From positions 434,001-498,000 of the forward strand of contig JALMLS010000578.1 of NCBI GenBank assembly GCA_038496445.1: a DNA stretch of 64,000 nucleotides. The letters run 5' to 3'. The DNA is from Trichosphaerium sp. ATCC 40318 (Eukaryota > Protista > Tubulinea). Each line of letters starts with the position of its first letter. The stretch's first letter is position 1. Below the pieces are notes generated by a model that saw only the letters and a program-made list of their open reading frames with translations, made no database searches and was not told where the DNA came from. Shown in pieces: positions 52,141 through 64,000 of this stretch. A program made the translations under genes and the position numbers.

Positions 52141-52426
52141 TCAGACCATATTGTGGGAGTACTCCATGTTGATTTCTTTACCATCAGCGAATGCAGCTTT
52201 ACCATTTTTTGACAGATATGCGCTTAGATGTTCAACATATAGCTTGATGATATAGACCTCAACAGCCACTAGCAATACTATAAGACATTAGTTGATAGGT
52301 ATTCCATGTAGATATAACGTACAGCACACAAGGTGAGGATCATTTTCTGATATGAGCTCGCTCAATTGACATGATATAAGATATGAGGTAGTGAGAATTA
52401 CAAAGATGAAGATAAGCTGTTGCATC
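52141..52426 (-). other. Possible small secreted protein or gene relic
   Basis: Signal-like MQQLIFIFVILTTSYLISC and one plausible GT-AG intron; no recognisable domain. Confidence 0.25.
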
Positions 52427-53765
52427 TGTTTGAGTTTGAAAATAATGGTTGTTTTCACGTTGATAGATAATAAAAAGTTGATTGATTTTTGGATCATTCA
52501 AAGTATGAATTCGTTTTAACCAATGTTGTGAAAGAAACTTGTTATTGAGATTACATTTATATACTCGTGCAGACACAAGATTCAAAGTATTACATACAAG
52601 ACAAGAGTCTATCACTCAAGGAAAACAGTTCAAAGAATTCCAGTTGTCAAATCAATCAACACTGATTGAAATTCGCCAAAGTAGGTGTTTTTCGCTCTAC
52701 GTCACTGACAGAAATGACAAGGTCAATTTCACTCAGGATCTTGCTACATTGCTTCTACACATTCGTGTGCCATTGGGTACGCTGGGTGTACGATAAATAA
52801 AAATGCTTGAGTACTTCATTTACCAATTTATAAATTCAATCTTATGTTATTGCAGACTCTGATAACAGTATTACGTTACAAAGGCAACATCAACATGTAG
52901 TCAAGACGTTGTTTGCTCCAACTACAATTACACCAAGTGCCATGCCAACAAATACTCCTTTAACACAAACCATGACCACATATCAAGATTCTTTTCAATC
53001 AAACTTGTAAGTATTGATCAGGTTACTTTGTTTGGTTTGCGTCAGCTATGACTAAAACTTGTCATTGCATAAACTGCTAACTTCATTTTTAGGTTTAAGT
53101 TAACGTACCTCGTTCAGTAATTGCAGCATTATCACCTGCTCTTTCGTATCTCGGGCTATATGTACATGCAGATTATTTTCATTTGGGCCTATTTCACCTG
53201 CTTTGCCGCGAATACTAACATCTGCCCCTGATTCTCGCTTTACTGTTTGTATTGTGGCTCCTCTTGGATGGAATCAGCTTCAAATGCAAACAAGATCTCC
53301 TTCAACAAAACAGGCAAAGAAATATAGGGCCGTCAACACATGTATATCTAGAGGAACACAAGTACTTGAAACAGAACAATAAGTTACTTGTATCACGCGA
53401 TAAAATAGCAGTACAAACTCACATTGATGTAAACTCTCAATTTGGACTATGACAATTACACAAGGTGCAAAAATAATAGAAAAGCGTGTACTGTTCATCA
53501 GCTATAAACAAAAATCGCAGCTGTTTAAAATGAATAGCCTACCAAACTTGTGAGCACAGTACTGATTCTTCACTTGGCATATCTTGGATGTAACTTTACG
53601 CCACGTGATTAGTATAATACTCAACTATTATATTTTACGGCGCTTTTTTATTCCATTGTTTCTATCTACTGTAGATAATATGTAAAACTGAAAGACTCCA
53701 ATAATCAAAAGAGGCAAAACAACTACTCATGTTTAAGAACGCTTTTTTATGTATGTCACACACAA

Positions 53766-55030
53766 TTAATGGTATAGTTTCAGGCCTGCTATTCTTAGCG
53801 CTTGATAGATTGGTTCTTCAATGAGATAACAAGAAGGCACGACAATATACCAAAACAGACATAGTACCATAGGAAAACAACAAATGAAGAAAGCTCCAAA
53901 TGCAAAAGGAAGAAAGATCATGTAAATACTAACATACACCAATCCTGACATTGAGAAGAAAGGTACCATAATAGTCAATAGTCCCATTGGTATTCCAAAA
54001 TAAAGGTATGGCCAATCACTCAGTATTTTCTAAAACGAACTTTTTAGTGTTGTCAAAAACTGCGAAAAAATATTGTCCGCTATGTTGTTAGAATATTGAC
54101 ATAAAAAACCACGTGGTTTATTTTGGCTTTAATAAAAGACAGCTTGCTGGACTTTTGGATGTTGGTTGATACGTACATTGCCCATATTGAATATGATAAA
54201 GTGAAACATGAGTCCTTGTTCGTAAGTAAACAAGAAAATCATGTGATCCAAAGAAAATCTGTTGGTTAGAAGATCAGTGTCAAAAAAATACCTAAAGGAA
54301 ATTACTGGTGTTAAGAATTCAAGCAAACTAAATAACAGGTACCGTCAAATGTACAAAAAGCTATATTCATAAAACAACAGTGGTACCATAACGCTACATT
54401 TAACAATCCAAATATTATCCCGGCAATAAAACCTCTTATTATGCTGCTAAACTGAATATTCATTTTTGTCTTTGGATTGGTTGTCTATTCTGTGTTCTTA
54501 TGCGTTGGTGGTTGTGCTTTCACCTGTTTCAAATCGTTATTATATTTGCTGACGTTGTACAAACGTCTTAAAACCATTCAAAGAATATTGACAGCAAGAA
54601 TGCTAAAAGCTTGGTTTAAGTGCTTCCAAAAAGAGACCATATGCCCCGTCAGTGATTATTTATCGATGATCACTTGCACAAGTAGGTGCTTTAGCCAGTT
54701 CTTCTGTTTTACTTAGATTCTGGATACAGTTGTACATCAAATTCTCGTGTGCGTATCCAATGATAAACGAGAAGGCGAATGCAATTTTATGATGCAGGCA
54801 ACTATGCAAAAAGTTAATGATACAAGGCAGGGTAAAATTTGGCATTTAAATGGTCAATTATGGGTAGCTGCGTTATCAAGGCTAGGAGCAACCCAGAATT
54901 TCCGCGGAGGAGGCTCACTAGGTATAACAGGATTGGCAAGAGCTTGTTCCATCCAAGTGTGTTTTGAAAAATTATTACTTTATTTACTTTTATAACGATT
55001 AAATCCATGTGGAACAAGAAGTCATCAAAC
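53766..55030 (-). pseudogene. Degenerate multi-pass membrane protein gene
   Basis: Hydrophobic C-terminal frame (…GIPMGLLTIMVPFF…RIAGLKLYH*) preceded by protein-like frames broken by stops and frameshifts that introns do not explain. Confidence 0.35.
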
Positions 55031-55983
55031 ATGTTTTAAACGATTGAATATACAAGTGTAAGCAATAAACTTATTATTTTTGGTAAGATTTTTATTGTTA
55101 CTTCAAATAGCTCTAAAGGGATATAAAAACACGTTGTAGAGGTACATGTTTTCGAACAATACTTTTTCGAGCAATTTCGAACTTTCACCTGATACCATCG
55201 GTTGCTGTAGTTATTTCTCAACAATGTTAATATACAAGTATTGCCGTATCACTAAGATAAAATAACGTTTATACGTCCACGTGCGTGACAAAACAAGTGA
55301 TTCAAAAAGTGGCTAATTTTTTTTTTTTTTGAAGAAAGTAAATTCAAGAATAAGCGAGCCCTTTGTTACTTCCTGTGTGTAGACATTTGTAATTCTAACG
55401 TTTAGCGATCCTTTAATAAAGAAAGTTGTCTTCAAAATTTACAAATTTTTTTTTCCATCGCTTTCACAACTTTCCACGATCTGTAATATGACTAGTTGAC
55501 GTTTTTATAATATTCTTTGACAACTACTTTACTACATGAATTGTGATTTCTTTTTTTTTGTTGTTATCACAACTTTAACTCACGTGCACTAGGGATTGTC
55601 CTGTGGGTTTTGGTAAAGATCGCGTGATTAAAGTTTTATGAATGTTATCAACTGCCCATATCGGTTGCCGTTTTAATGTAGTTATCTACCTCACAAAGAC
55701 GATACAACTGTTAGCGCGGCGCTTAGGTAAAATAATGTTTGTATTATATTATGTCCACGGGAGTGAAAACAAGCGATTCAAAAAGTGGGTACTAAATATT
55801 TACCTTTTGAAATTATTTTGTATTTTGGACGCTGTAAAGCATTAATTAATCACGTGGTTTTTCTGTTTTTGCGACAATGGCTTTTGGTAGTTTTTTTTAT
55901 TTGTAGTTTTTACGGAATGCGTCACGCAATAGTAAAACTGTGTACTCTGTTTCTAGTACACTAAAAACCTCACTTACACGGAA

Positions 55984-58900
55984 ATGGCACCTAATCGTAG
56001 CGTGTTGTTTATCGCTCTTGTATTATACGTAATACGTACAACGGCATCTTGTAATTGTTGCTTGCCGCTACAAGATAGTGTCTATACCTGGCTAAGAGGT
56101 GACTCGTATGATGATGTTAGCAAAGTATGGATTGATGTATCAGGGAATGGCCACAATTCTACGCAGGTAGGCGGTAGCCCAATGATACTACAAAATACGT
56201 ATGAAAATGGTAAAGTATACAAAAGCGTAGCAGGAGGACAAGCAGACTCTCTGGACTTCGATGGAGCAATAGGTGAAGCCATGACGTTCTTTGGCATGAG
56301 CAGGTACGAAATTATTGATACATTTCGAGTGTTCACTGTAGCAATCACGTGACTGACTTGTACTGTAGGTATGCTGGTCCAGCTCGTGCACGTATCTTTA
56401 CATCTAGAGAACCAACGAATTGGTTCTCTGGACATCTTGCGATGTATGCTGGAGTTGCTGGGAACGGTTATACCGCGGCAGGCGGAGCCGTTCTTCTTAC
56501 AGATTTCACAGACACTTTTGGAGATTCTTGGCTTTTGTCGGTATCTCAAAGAACAAACTACAGAGGAAACGGTTTGAATCTGACTCGATCATCTATTGAA
56601 GGTGTAACCAATTTCACTGATCATTTCACAATCAACAACTACCAATCTGAATCAAAACAGCGCTCGGATTGGGAAGTTGCTGAGGTGCTTATATATGATA
56701 GAGTTCTCAACGCACAAGAGATAGAGATGGTTGAAAGCTACTTTAACACTCACTATGGCATCACAAATAACATTCCTGTCGATGAAATGTCCTATGGAAG
56801 TTGTTATCCGCCTATATCAGCTACTCCCCCTACAACCATTAATTGCTTACCGCACAGTGACAGTGTATACACATGGCTCACAGGAGACTCATATGATACT
56901 GTTAGCAAAGTATGGGTTGACGATTCTGGGAATGGTCATAATTCTACTGCAACAGGAGGAAATCCACAAGCAAGGCCGACAGCTTTCGAAGACGGCAAAA
57001 TCTATAAAACAGTGTCGGGTGAACTTGAAGATTCCTTTGACTTTGATGGAGCCATAGGCGATTCAATGACATTCTTTGGTTTAAGCAGGTACGAGCACAG
57101 AAACAAAATCTACCTTCTTCATTACTGACACTTGATAATAGATTAACAAGTGATTTATATCGTCAGAGAATTATCACATCTCGCGCACCAACAAACTGGT
57201 ACTCTGGACATGTTTCAGGGTTCGCTGGAGTTGGTGGTAATGGATACAATCAGGCAATTGGTGGTCCCGTTTTTCTTACAGATGAAATGGATAGATACGG
57301 AAATGAATGGGTGTTGTCTGTATCTCAAATTCGAAAATACAGAGCAAATGGCATAGACCTCACAATACCAAATCTAGAAGGCATTCCTGCTGATCCAGAT
57401 CACTTCACAATCAACAACTATAGACTGCCTTCTGAACAATTATCGCAGCGTTCTCACTGGGAAGTTGCTGAGATTATTGTATATAACAGATTACTCAATA
57501 CACAAGAGATAGAGATGGTCGAAAGCTACTTCAACACTCACTATGGCATCACAACTAACATTCCTATTGATGAAAGGGAATATGGACTTTGCTACCCTCC
57601 TCTTGATATAAGTTGTTTACCACTAAGTGATAGTGTCTACACATGGCTAAGAGGAGACTCATATGATCCGGATAACAGAGTATGGATTGACGTATCAGGG
57701 AACGGCCATAGTTCTACGCAGGTAGGCGGTAGCCCAATGATACTACAAAATACATATGAAAATGGTAAAGTATACAAAAGCGTAGCAGGAGGACAAGCAG
57801 ACTCTCTGGACTTTAATGGAGCAATAGGTGATGCAACGACGTTCTTTGGCATGAGCAGGTACGAAATTATTGATAAAGTATCAATCACATGACTTACTCT
57901 ACTGCAGGTACACTGGACCATCTCAAGCACGTATCTTTACTACTAGATCACCAACAAATTGGTTCTCTGGGCATCTTGTGACGTTTGCTGGAGTTGCTGG
58001 GAACGGTCACAACAGTCTTACAGGTGGACCAGTTCTGCTTACAGATCTTATAGACACTTTTGGAGACTCGTGGGTATTGTCAGTGTCTCAAAGAACAAAT
58101 TACAGAGCGAATGGTTTGAATCTGACTCGATCATCTCTTGAAGGTGTCACCGACTTGCCTGATCATTTTACAATCAACAACTACATGGCAGGTTCACAGC
58201 GTTCGGATTGGGAAGTTGCTGAGGTGCTTGTATATGATAGAGTGCTTAACGCAGAAGAGATAGAGATGGTTGAAAGCTACTTTAACACTCACTACGGCAT
58301 TACAAATAACATTCCTGTTGATGAAATGTCCTATGGAAGTTGTTATCCGCCTATATCCATTGCTACACCTCCACCTACAACAGAACCGCCAGCTTTTACA
58401 AATCCACCAAGAACAGACCCTCCGACAAATCAACCTATTTGTTTACCTTTAAGCGATAGTGTGTATACGTGGATAACAGGAGACTCCTATAATGATATTA
58501 GTAAGGTATGGCTTGACATTTCTGGTAATGGTCATAGTTCTACCTTAACCTCTGGAACCCCTATATTATCGCCAATACAATTTGAAAATGGTAAAGAGTA
58601 TTTTACTGTATCTGGAAGACAAGAAGATATCCTTGACTTTGATGGAGCGATAGGAGACTCAATGACATTCTTTGGACTTAGTCGGTACACATTCAACTTT
58701 TTTTTTTTCAAGCAACTAAATCACGTGTTAACCCTTTCTGTTAACAGAACCACAAATACTGCTACTCGGGGTCGTATATTTACAGCAAGAAACCCAAATA
58801 ACTGGTTCTCTGGGCATGACGTTCAAAAATCTGGGGTTGCTGGAAGCGGCGATAGCTCATCTCCAGTGTTTATCACAGAACAAGTTGACTCATTTGGAAA

Positions 58901-61016
58901 TGGATGGGTATTGTCTGTATCTCAACGAACAAATTACAGAGGAAATGGTTTGAACTTAACCCTTCCAGTGATTAATAGCGTTCCTGTTGACACTGATCAC
59001 TTTACAATCAACCATGTTGGTGACAGGATCACTGCACTCAGCTCAGAATGGGAAGTTGCTGAAGTTATTGTATACGACAGGTTACTCAGTACAGAAGAGA
59101 TAATGATGGTTGAGAGTTACTTCAATACTCACTACGGCATCACGAATAATATTCCTGTTGATGAAGATGCATATGGAAGCTGCTATCCGCCATTATCAAT
59201 CACTCCAATAGCTCCACCTACCACAGAGCCTCCAGTCACGGAACCTCCAACAGCTCGACCTCCAATTATTCCGAGCGAAATTTGTTTGCCACTAAACGAT
59301 AGTGTTTATACATGGCTGAGAGGAGACTCATTTGACGATGAAACCAGGATATGGTATGACCTTTCTGGTAATGGCCATATTTCTACTTCAGTAACGGGCT
59401 CTCCAAAAGTGCGGCCACAGAACTTTGAAAATGGTAAACAGTACAACACTGTTTCTGGTCAGCTTGGAGACTCTGTAGACTTTGATGGAGCGATAGGGGA
59501 CTCAATGACATTCTTTGGACTTAGCCGGTACGAAACACACGGCAGAAAAGTGTATTAACTCTTTTTTATAGTTACTCATATATTACTCGAGGTCGTATCT
59601 TTACAGCAAGATCCCCTGTTTTGTGGTTCTCTGGGCATGAAATTGATAGATCTGGAGTTGCTGGAAACGGGGTGTCTACTCAAGTCTTTATCACAGAACA
59701 AGTTGACCGGTTTGGATATGAATGGGTACTATCTGTGTCACAACGGACAAATTACAGAGGAAATGGTTTGAACTTTACGCTACCAGTGTTACAAGGCAAT
59801 CCTACAGATCCTGATCACTTTACAATCAATGGATTCCTCGGGGAGCTTTCTACGTACAGCTCAGAATGGGAAGTAGCTGAAGTTATTGTATACGACAGGT
59901 TACTCAGTACAGAAGAGATAATGATGGTTGAGAGCTACTTCAATACCAACTATGGCATCACAAATAACATTCCTGTTGATGAAGATGCATATGGAAGCTG
60001 CTATCTGCCAATAACATTTACTCCAATAGAATCACCAACAACAGAACCGCCAGTAACAGAACCTCCGACTACAGAAGCCCCAACAACTCAACCTCCGGCC
60101 GCAATCCCTTTTCTACCACGACTAGATTGTATAACAGATAATCGAAATGGTACTTTTACTGCACACTTGGGATGGACGTCCCCAGAGCCATCTACTCCTG
60201 GTACTGTTTTTCGAAACATCCTGTACTTACTTTGTACTAAACAGATCCAAATTTGATGTTTCCACCAGGCTTGAATAGTGTACCAACATCATTTGGTCCT
60301 ACGCCTGCGTTCTATCCCGCAGATGGAACTTTTGATTTCTTGTTCACTATACCTTCACTGTGGATTGTTGGCGTATGTCGCTAACTTAGTTAATGGTTAG
60401 AGTTTTCGCTCATTGCTTTATTTAGGATGGTAGTGTTTTTATTAATTCTACTGACCCAAGCCTTGCATGCCCAGAGCAACTAGGTTTGATGAGAACTTTC
60501 TTGCTTTCTTTTCTTATTTTTTTCTTAGCTATCATACGATTCATTATTGACTTGTTATCTCCAATACAAAGTGATTTATTGAATACACTACTGAACACAT
60601 TGCTACAGTTTCTTGGATTACCGCTTGGTTCCGGAAGTGCTTCTCAGAGTAACTTTATCCCTGACTTATCTAAACGACAAGTTGGAACAGTTGTTGATAT
60701 TACGATAAATTCGAATGGAGGTAAACACACTTCTTGCAGCACGCCCTTTCTTACTGTTGTTCAAAGGAAGTACATTAAGTGTTGCTGAAATTGTTCGTAA
60801 TTTTCTGAGTGACCCAGATGCGGTTGCAGCGTTCATTAACGCTCTAGCTGATATGAATATTGAAGTCATGGTACATCAAGCTATTAACAACCTGTTACCC
60901 TTCTCTAACTTTTATAGTCTGGACCCACTACTGCACCTCTTCAAGTACCTATAGTGATGGAACCGCCTGTATACGCTACTGGGCGTACATCCTGCGTTAG
61001 ACGATTGAGCATGTAA
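55984..61016 (+). CDS. Large secreted protein with five ~260-aa LamG/ConA-like repeats, P/T linkers and a C-terminal Ig-like region
   Basis: Signal MAPNRSVLFIALVLYVIRTTAS. Each repeat has C-LP..DSVYTW..GDS..W.D.SGNGH..., NWFSGH, and WEVAEV..YDR.L...EI.MVESYFNT.YGI. The 3' end is approximate. Confidence 0.8.
56059..60010 (+). repeat. Five tandem ~780-840 bp domain duplications, each with an intron at the same position
   Basis: Near-identical DNA blocks (e.g. 56070-56320 vs 57625-57875; 59040-59190 vs 59858-60005). Confidence 0.9.
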
Positions 61017-62282
61017 GTATGACTAAAACACAAAAATAAAAAGAAATAAGTTAAGGACATCTTTCGTGTATCAACAGCTCCCTAATAGCTACTCTAGAAA
61101 CCTTTTTTTAATGTTGGTTTCTATTTTGTTGTTCAATAAAACGAGGGCTTAAGGGCGTCATCTCAGATTAGTGTTTACTAAATTGTACATGCTTTGATTT
61201 ACTTTAAACTTTTGCCACACTACAAACACGTGTATACACAGCTCTGTGTAAAAAGTTGGCTTTGAATATGAACTTCGAGCATTATGATGTGCTTTTTTTA
61301 GCAGTTTTTTTTATCTCAATTGTACATCCTCAGATTTTCCTTAAACTTTATATTCAAAGTCTGCACACATATTTAAGGTGTTTTTGGCAATATCAGCTTC
61401 GAATATAAGGTTTAGGGATTGAATTTTTCTTATTTTGGAAAGTAAATCTTAATTTAGTATTTTTTCTTTTTTGCAGATGCTTGAATTTGCTTAATACGCT
61501 GATATACGGTTAATGTATGTGTGCTAAGTGCAGTCATCAAAAATGAACTTCAAATACAGGTTTTGTCTTTAGTAATAATGTAAAATAGCCTAAAATGTGT
61601 TTATATGATAGTAAAACGCGTTTTAGACACTTTTCGGTTTTGGCACATCAGTTTAAGCAGTTTTTTTTTTCAATTTTTCAAAGGCGACCTGTGTTGCTCT
61701 AAATCGCTATGGAGGATGCTTTGTGTGTCTGGAATGCATTGTGTAAAAAGTAGCAAATTCTGTACGCTGGGTCTAATCTGAGAGGACGCCCTTAATAGAA
61801 AATAACTCCGTGCTTTTTACCTATTTAACTATGCTCAACAAACTTTACATCAATGCAAATCTACACGGCTATGGTTTTTGAGACGAAAACAAAATACAGC
61901 GAACTAGATTCTTCTTTCAACAGGGTTTGTATTATAGACCATTGCTTAGAGCTAAATACAAGTAAACCAATTTACCCTAAACCCGTTATCACTATCTGTA
62001 GTCGTAAGACTCTGTAATGTGTTTAAAACTGACAAAAGAGAATAGTCTTTGTTGAATGCAAAGAAATCACGTGTTGACATTTCGCCAAAAGTAAATATAT
62101 AAGAAAGAGCGTACAAAGGAAGTTTTGTAAAACCTTTCACGGTGTTTTTATTCAGCATTTGTTAAACAATAAAAACGTTTCTCCTACAGTGCGTATATAA
62201 AGGTACTAACTATTTTATTCTTTTACATGTGCCTGCAGTTCTTATGACCAACCACTGCTTTACGGGATTAAATACTCTGTTA

Positions 62283-63930
62283 TCACTCGATTCTTGTTGT
62301 TTCATCTCTCACTGTCTTCAAGAAGGGAATTAAATCGGTACCTAGATGAAAAATGTTAAACGATTTTTTTGTTTGTTTTTGTTTGTATTACCTCCTGTTC
62401 CAGCCTCTTTTGTTTGTTTTTTTGCTTTCTTAGAAGGTATAATTATAAACCTTGCTACTATTTTAATATGATCTGATCTGAACGTAGAAAGAGCTTGTAC
62501 ACAACGATTGTATGTGTCTATGAAGTAGTGAAGGAAAGAAACAAAAGAGCTGACACAAAAAATAAAATGTAGGCAAAAAAAGGATACCACTCAAAGCTTT
62601 GTGATTTTCATGAGTTGAAATGTACGTTTGTAATGATGGTGTGAAGCTTCTAATGTATTTCACGAAGTCTCTGTGTTCAGGTGTAGTATATTTTTCATGC
62701 ATTTCTTCAAGCCACTCGGACTTATGTTTTATACCAAAGCAAGCATCAAAAGTCTAAAATAGTTCCTGCTTAGTTTCTTCCTTTAAGTTATAAAACCTAC
62801 TTGTAGTAGCGCTGATTGTGCAGCACTCCCTCCATAGAATAACTTAGGTTTATCATCAACTCCCTCATAAATCAAACCATCAGGCATTTCTGGATTTGCC
62901 TTCCAACCAGCAAGAAACGGACGAACTATGTAAAAAAAAAGTTAAAAAAAGAACCAATAGAGCAAGAATGCTTGCGTGTGTTGTAGAATACATCAGGCGT
63001 TAAATGCTCCGGCATACGCGCAAAAACCTTTGTAATTATTTCCAGAATATCAGTAAGCGCTTCCATATGAGATACTATAACATCTGTGGCAGCTCCTAAA
63101 CACAAACTAAGTTTTTCTAAAACTCCAAACAAGCCCATGTTTTACCGTCTCTAATACCATGTAACATCTCAGTAATTATTTTACAAGCAGGTCCTCCTTT
63201 AGCTTCTATCTCTACAGTAACTAAAAAGAACCATTTTTCGCCTTCTGAACTAAAACAAGAGTAAGAAAAAACTAAGAAACAAAAAACCGTCTAAAAAACA
63301 AGTACAGCAAGAATCCGTTCGGCATGTCAATGTTACCAAGGTAAGGAGGTTTGTTTGCGTCGAGAAGTCTGTAATTATTACAGACAAGTGATCCATGACT
63401 TATTATAGGTGTCCTATTTAACTTACCAGCTACTTTACACCAAGGTACTGCAATACCCTTGAAAAGAGAAAAACGTTAAGTGAATGAGAAAAAAAAGATA
63501 ATGGTCATTGTACTTTAGGTAATTTCGCAAGAGGTTTTTGAGAAATGTCTCCAGCTACGTAAGCATGTGCTATTAATGCCAGCAAGAGTAATGCACGTTC
63601 CAAATGAGCCTTTTAAACCAAAGTTAGAAAGGAAAACATTACAAAAACAAGCAAAAAGCGTTATAATTGATCTAACGTAGTTTAATAATACCGAAACTGG
63701 CGTCATTGTATTTAACGTACTTTGTCAGTTAATGTTTCGACGTCTAAAGGCTCTAGTTTATCTACAATCGCTCTCAAACTGCGCTCTTGTATCAATGTAG
63801 GCAAATTGTTTGCTATTTCTTCCCAAGCTGTATAAGGTGTAGATAGACGCTCTATTGGTGGCGGAAAACGTAGAAATCCATACAAAGGACTTATATCGTA
63901 TGTTGATAGCACTTTAGCTGCTTCTGTCAT
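62283..63930 (-). CDS. IDO: Indoleamine 2,3-dioxygenase
   Basis: ISPLYGFL, AWEEIANNLP, IAHAYV, IAVPW, EKWFFLVTVEIEAKGGP, VFYNTLRPFLAGWK, GGSAAQS, FRSDHIKIVARFII, GTGGTDLIPFLKTVRDET. Confidence 0.95.
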
Positions 63931-64000
63931 TGAGTTGATTTTTCTTCTGAAAAAGTTTGAACTATTGTCTTTCTGGAGATGCACAAGTTTCTGGAACGTT

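Noticed and set aside
52240-52280. SGC-TGA-G, a possible selenocysteine motif
   Set aside because: Not in the spliced frame, a second TGA follows shortly, and I recognised no SECIS
53766-55030. Stop-codon reassignment as an explanation for interrupted frames
   Set aside because: Intact genes here end in TAA, TAG and TGA and have no in-frame stops, so decay is the simpler explanation

Overview
Gene-dense, AT-rich (roughly 35% GC by eye) eukaryotic nuclear DNA. It has many short spliceosomal introns (about 35-240 nt, donor consensus GTA(C/A/T)GT, some GC donors) and uses the standard genetic code. Gene content (34-kDa actin-bundling protein family, saposin-like protein, multidomain arrestin, TerD proteins) points to an amoebozoan-like protist (inference). 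Manual splicing gives about 18 genes: a partial Mpv17/PMP22 gene, an ABP34-like gene, two broken intronless F-box/LRR genes facing each other, a ~3,800-aa very acidic orphan protein with a mitochondrial presequence, a type-I surface protein, an intronless single-domain secreted/GPI-type catalase-peroxidase, a basic orphan, a bacterial-type ACT protein, a saposin-like protein, a mitochondrion-targeted LYS1, a secreted cupin, a PX-C2-arrestin, a TerD-TerD-C2 protein, a CBM/EP-repeat/CaaX protein, COQ5, a BRSK/Nim1-type kinase, a 5x LamG-like repeat secreted protein and IDO. I saw no rRNA, tRNA, CRISPR or clear transposase. The best leads are a candidate glycogen-to-membrane tether (CBM + ~270-aa EP rod + CTIL CaaX), the monodomain GPI-type KatG with an intact Met-Tyr-Trp triad, the giant mitochondrial orphan, and strong enrichment of the palindrome CACGTG, often in short introns. 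All domain calls are by eye and need HMM or structure confirmation.
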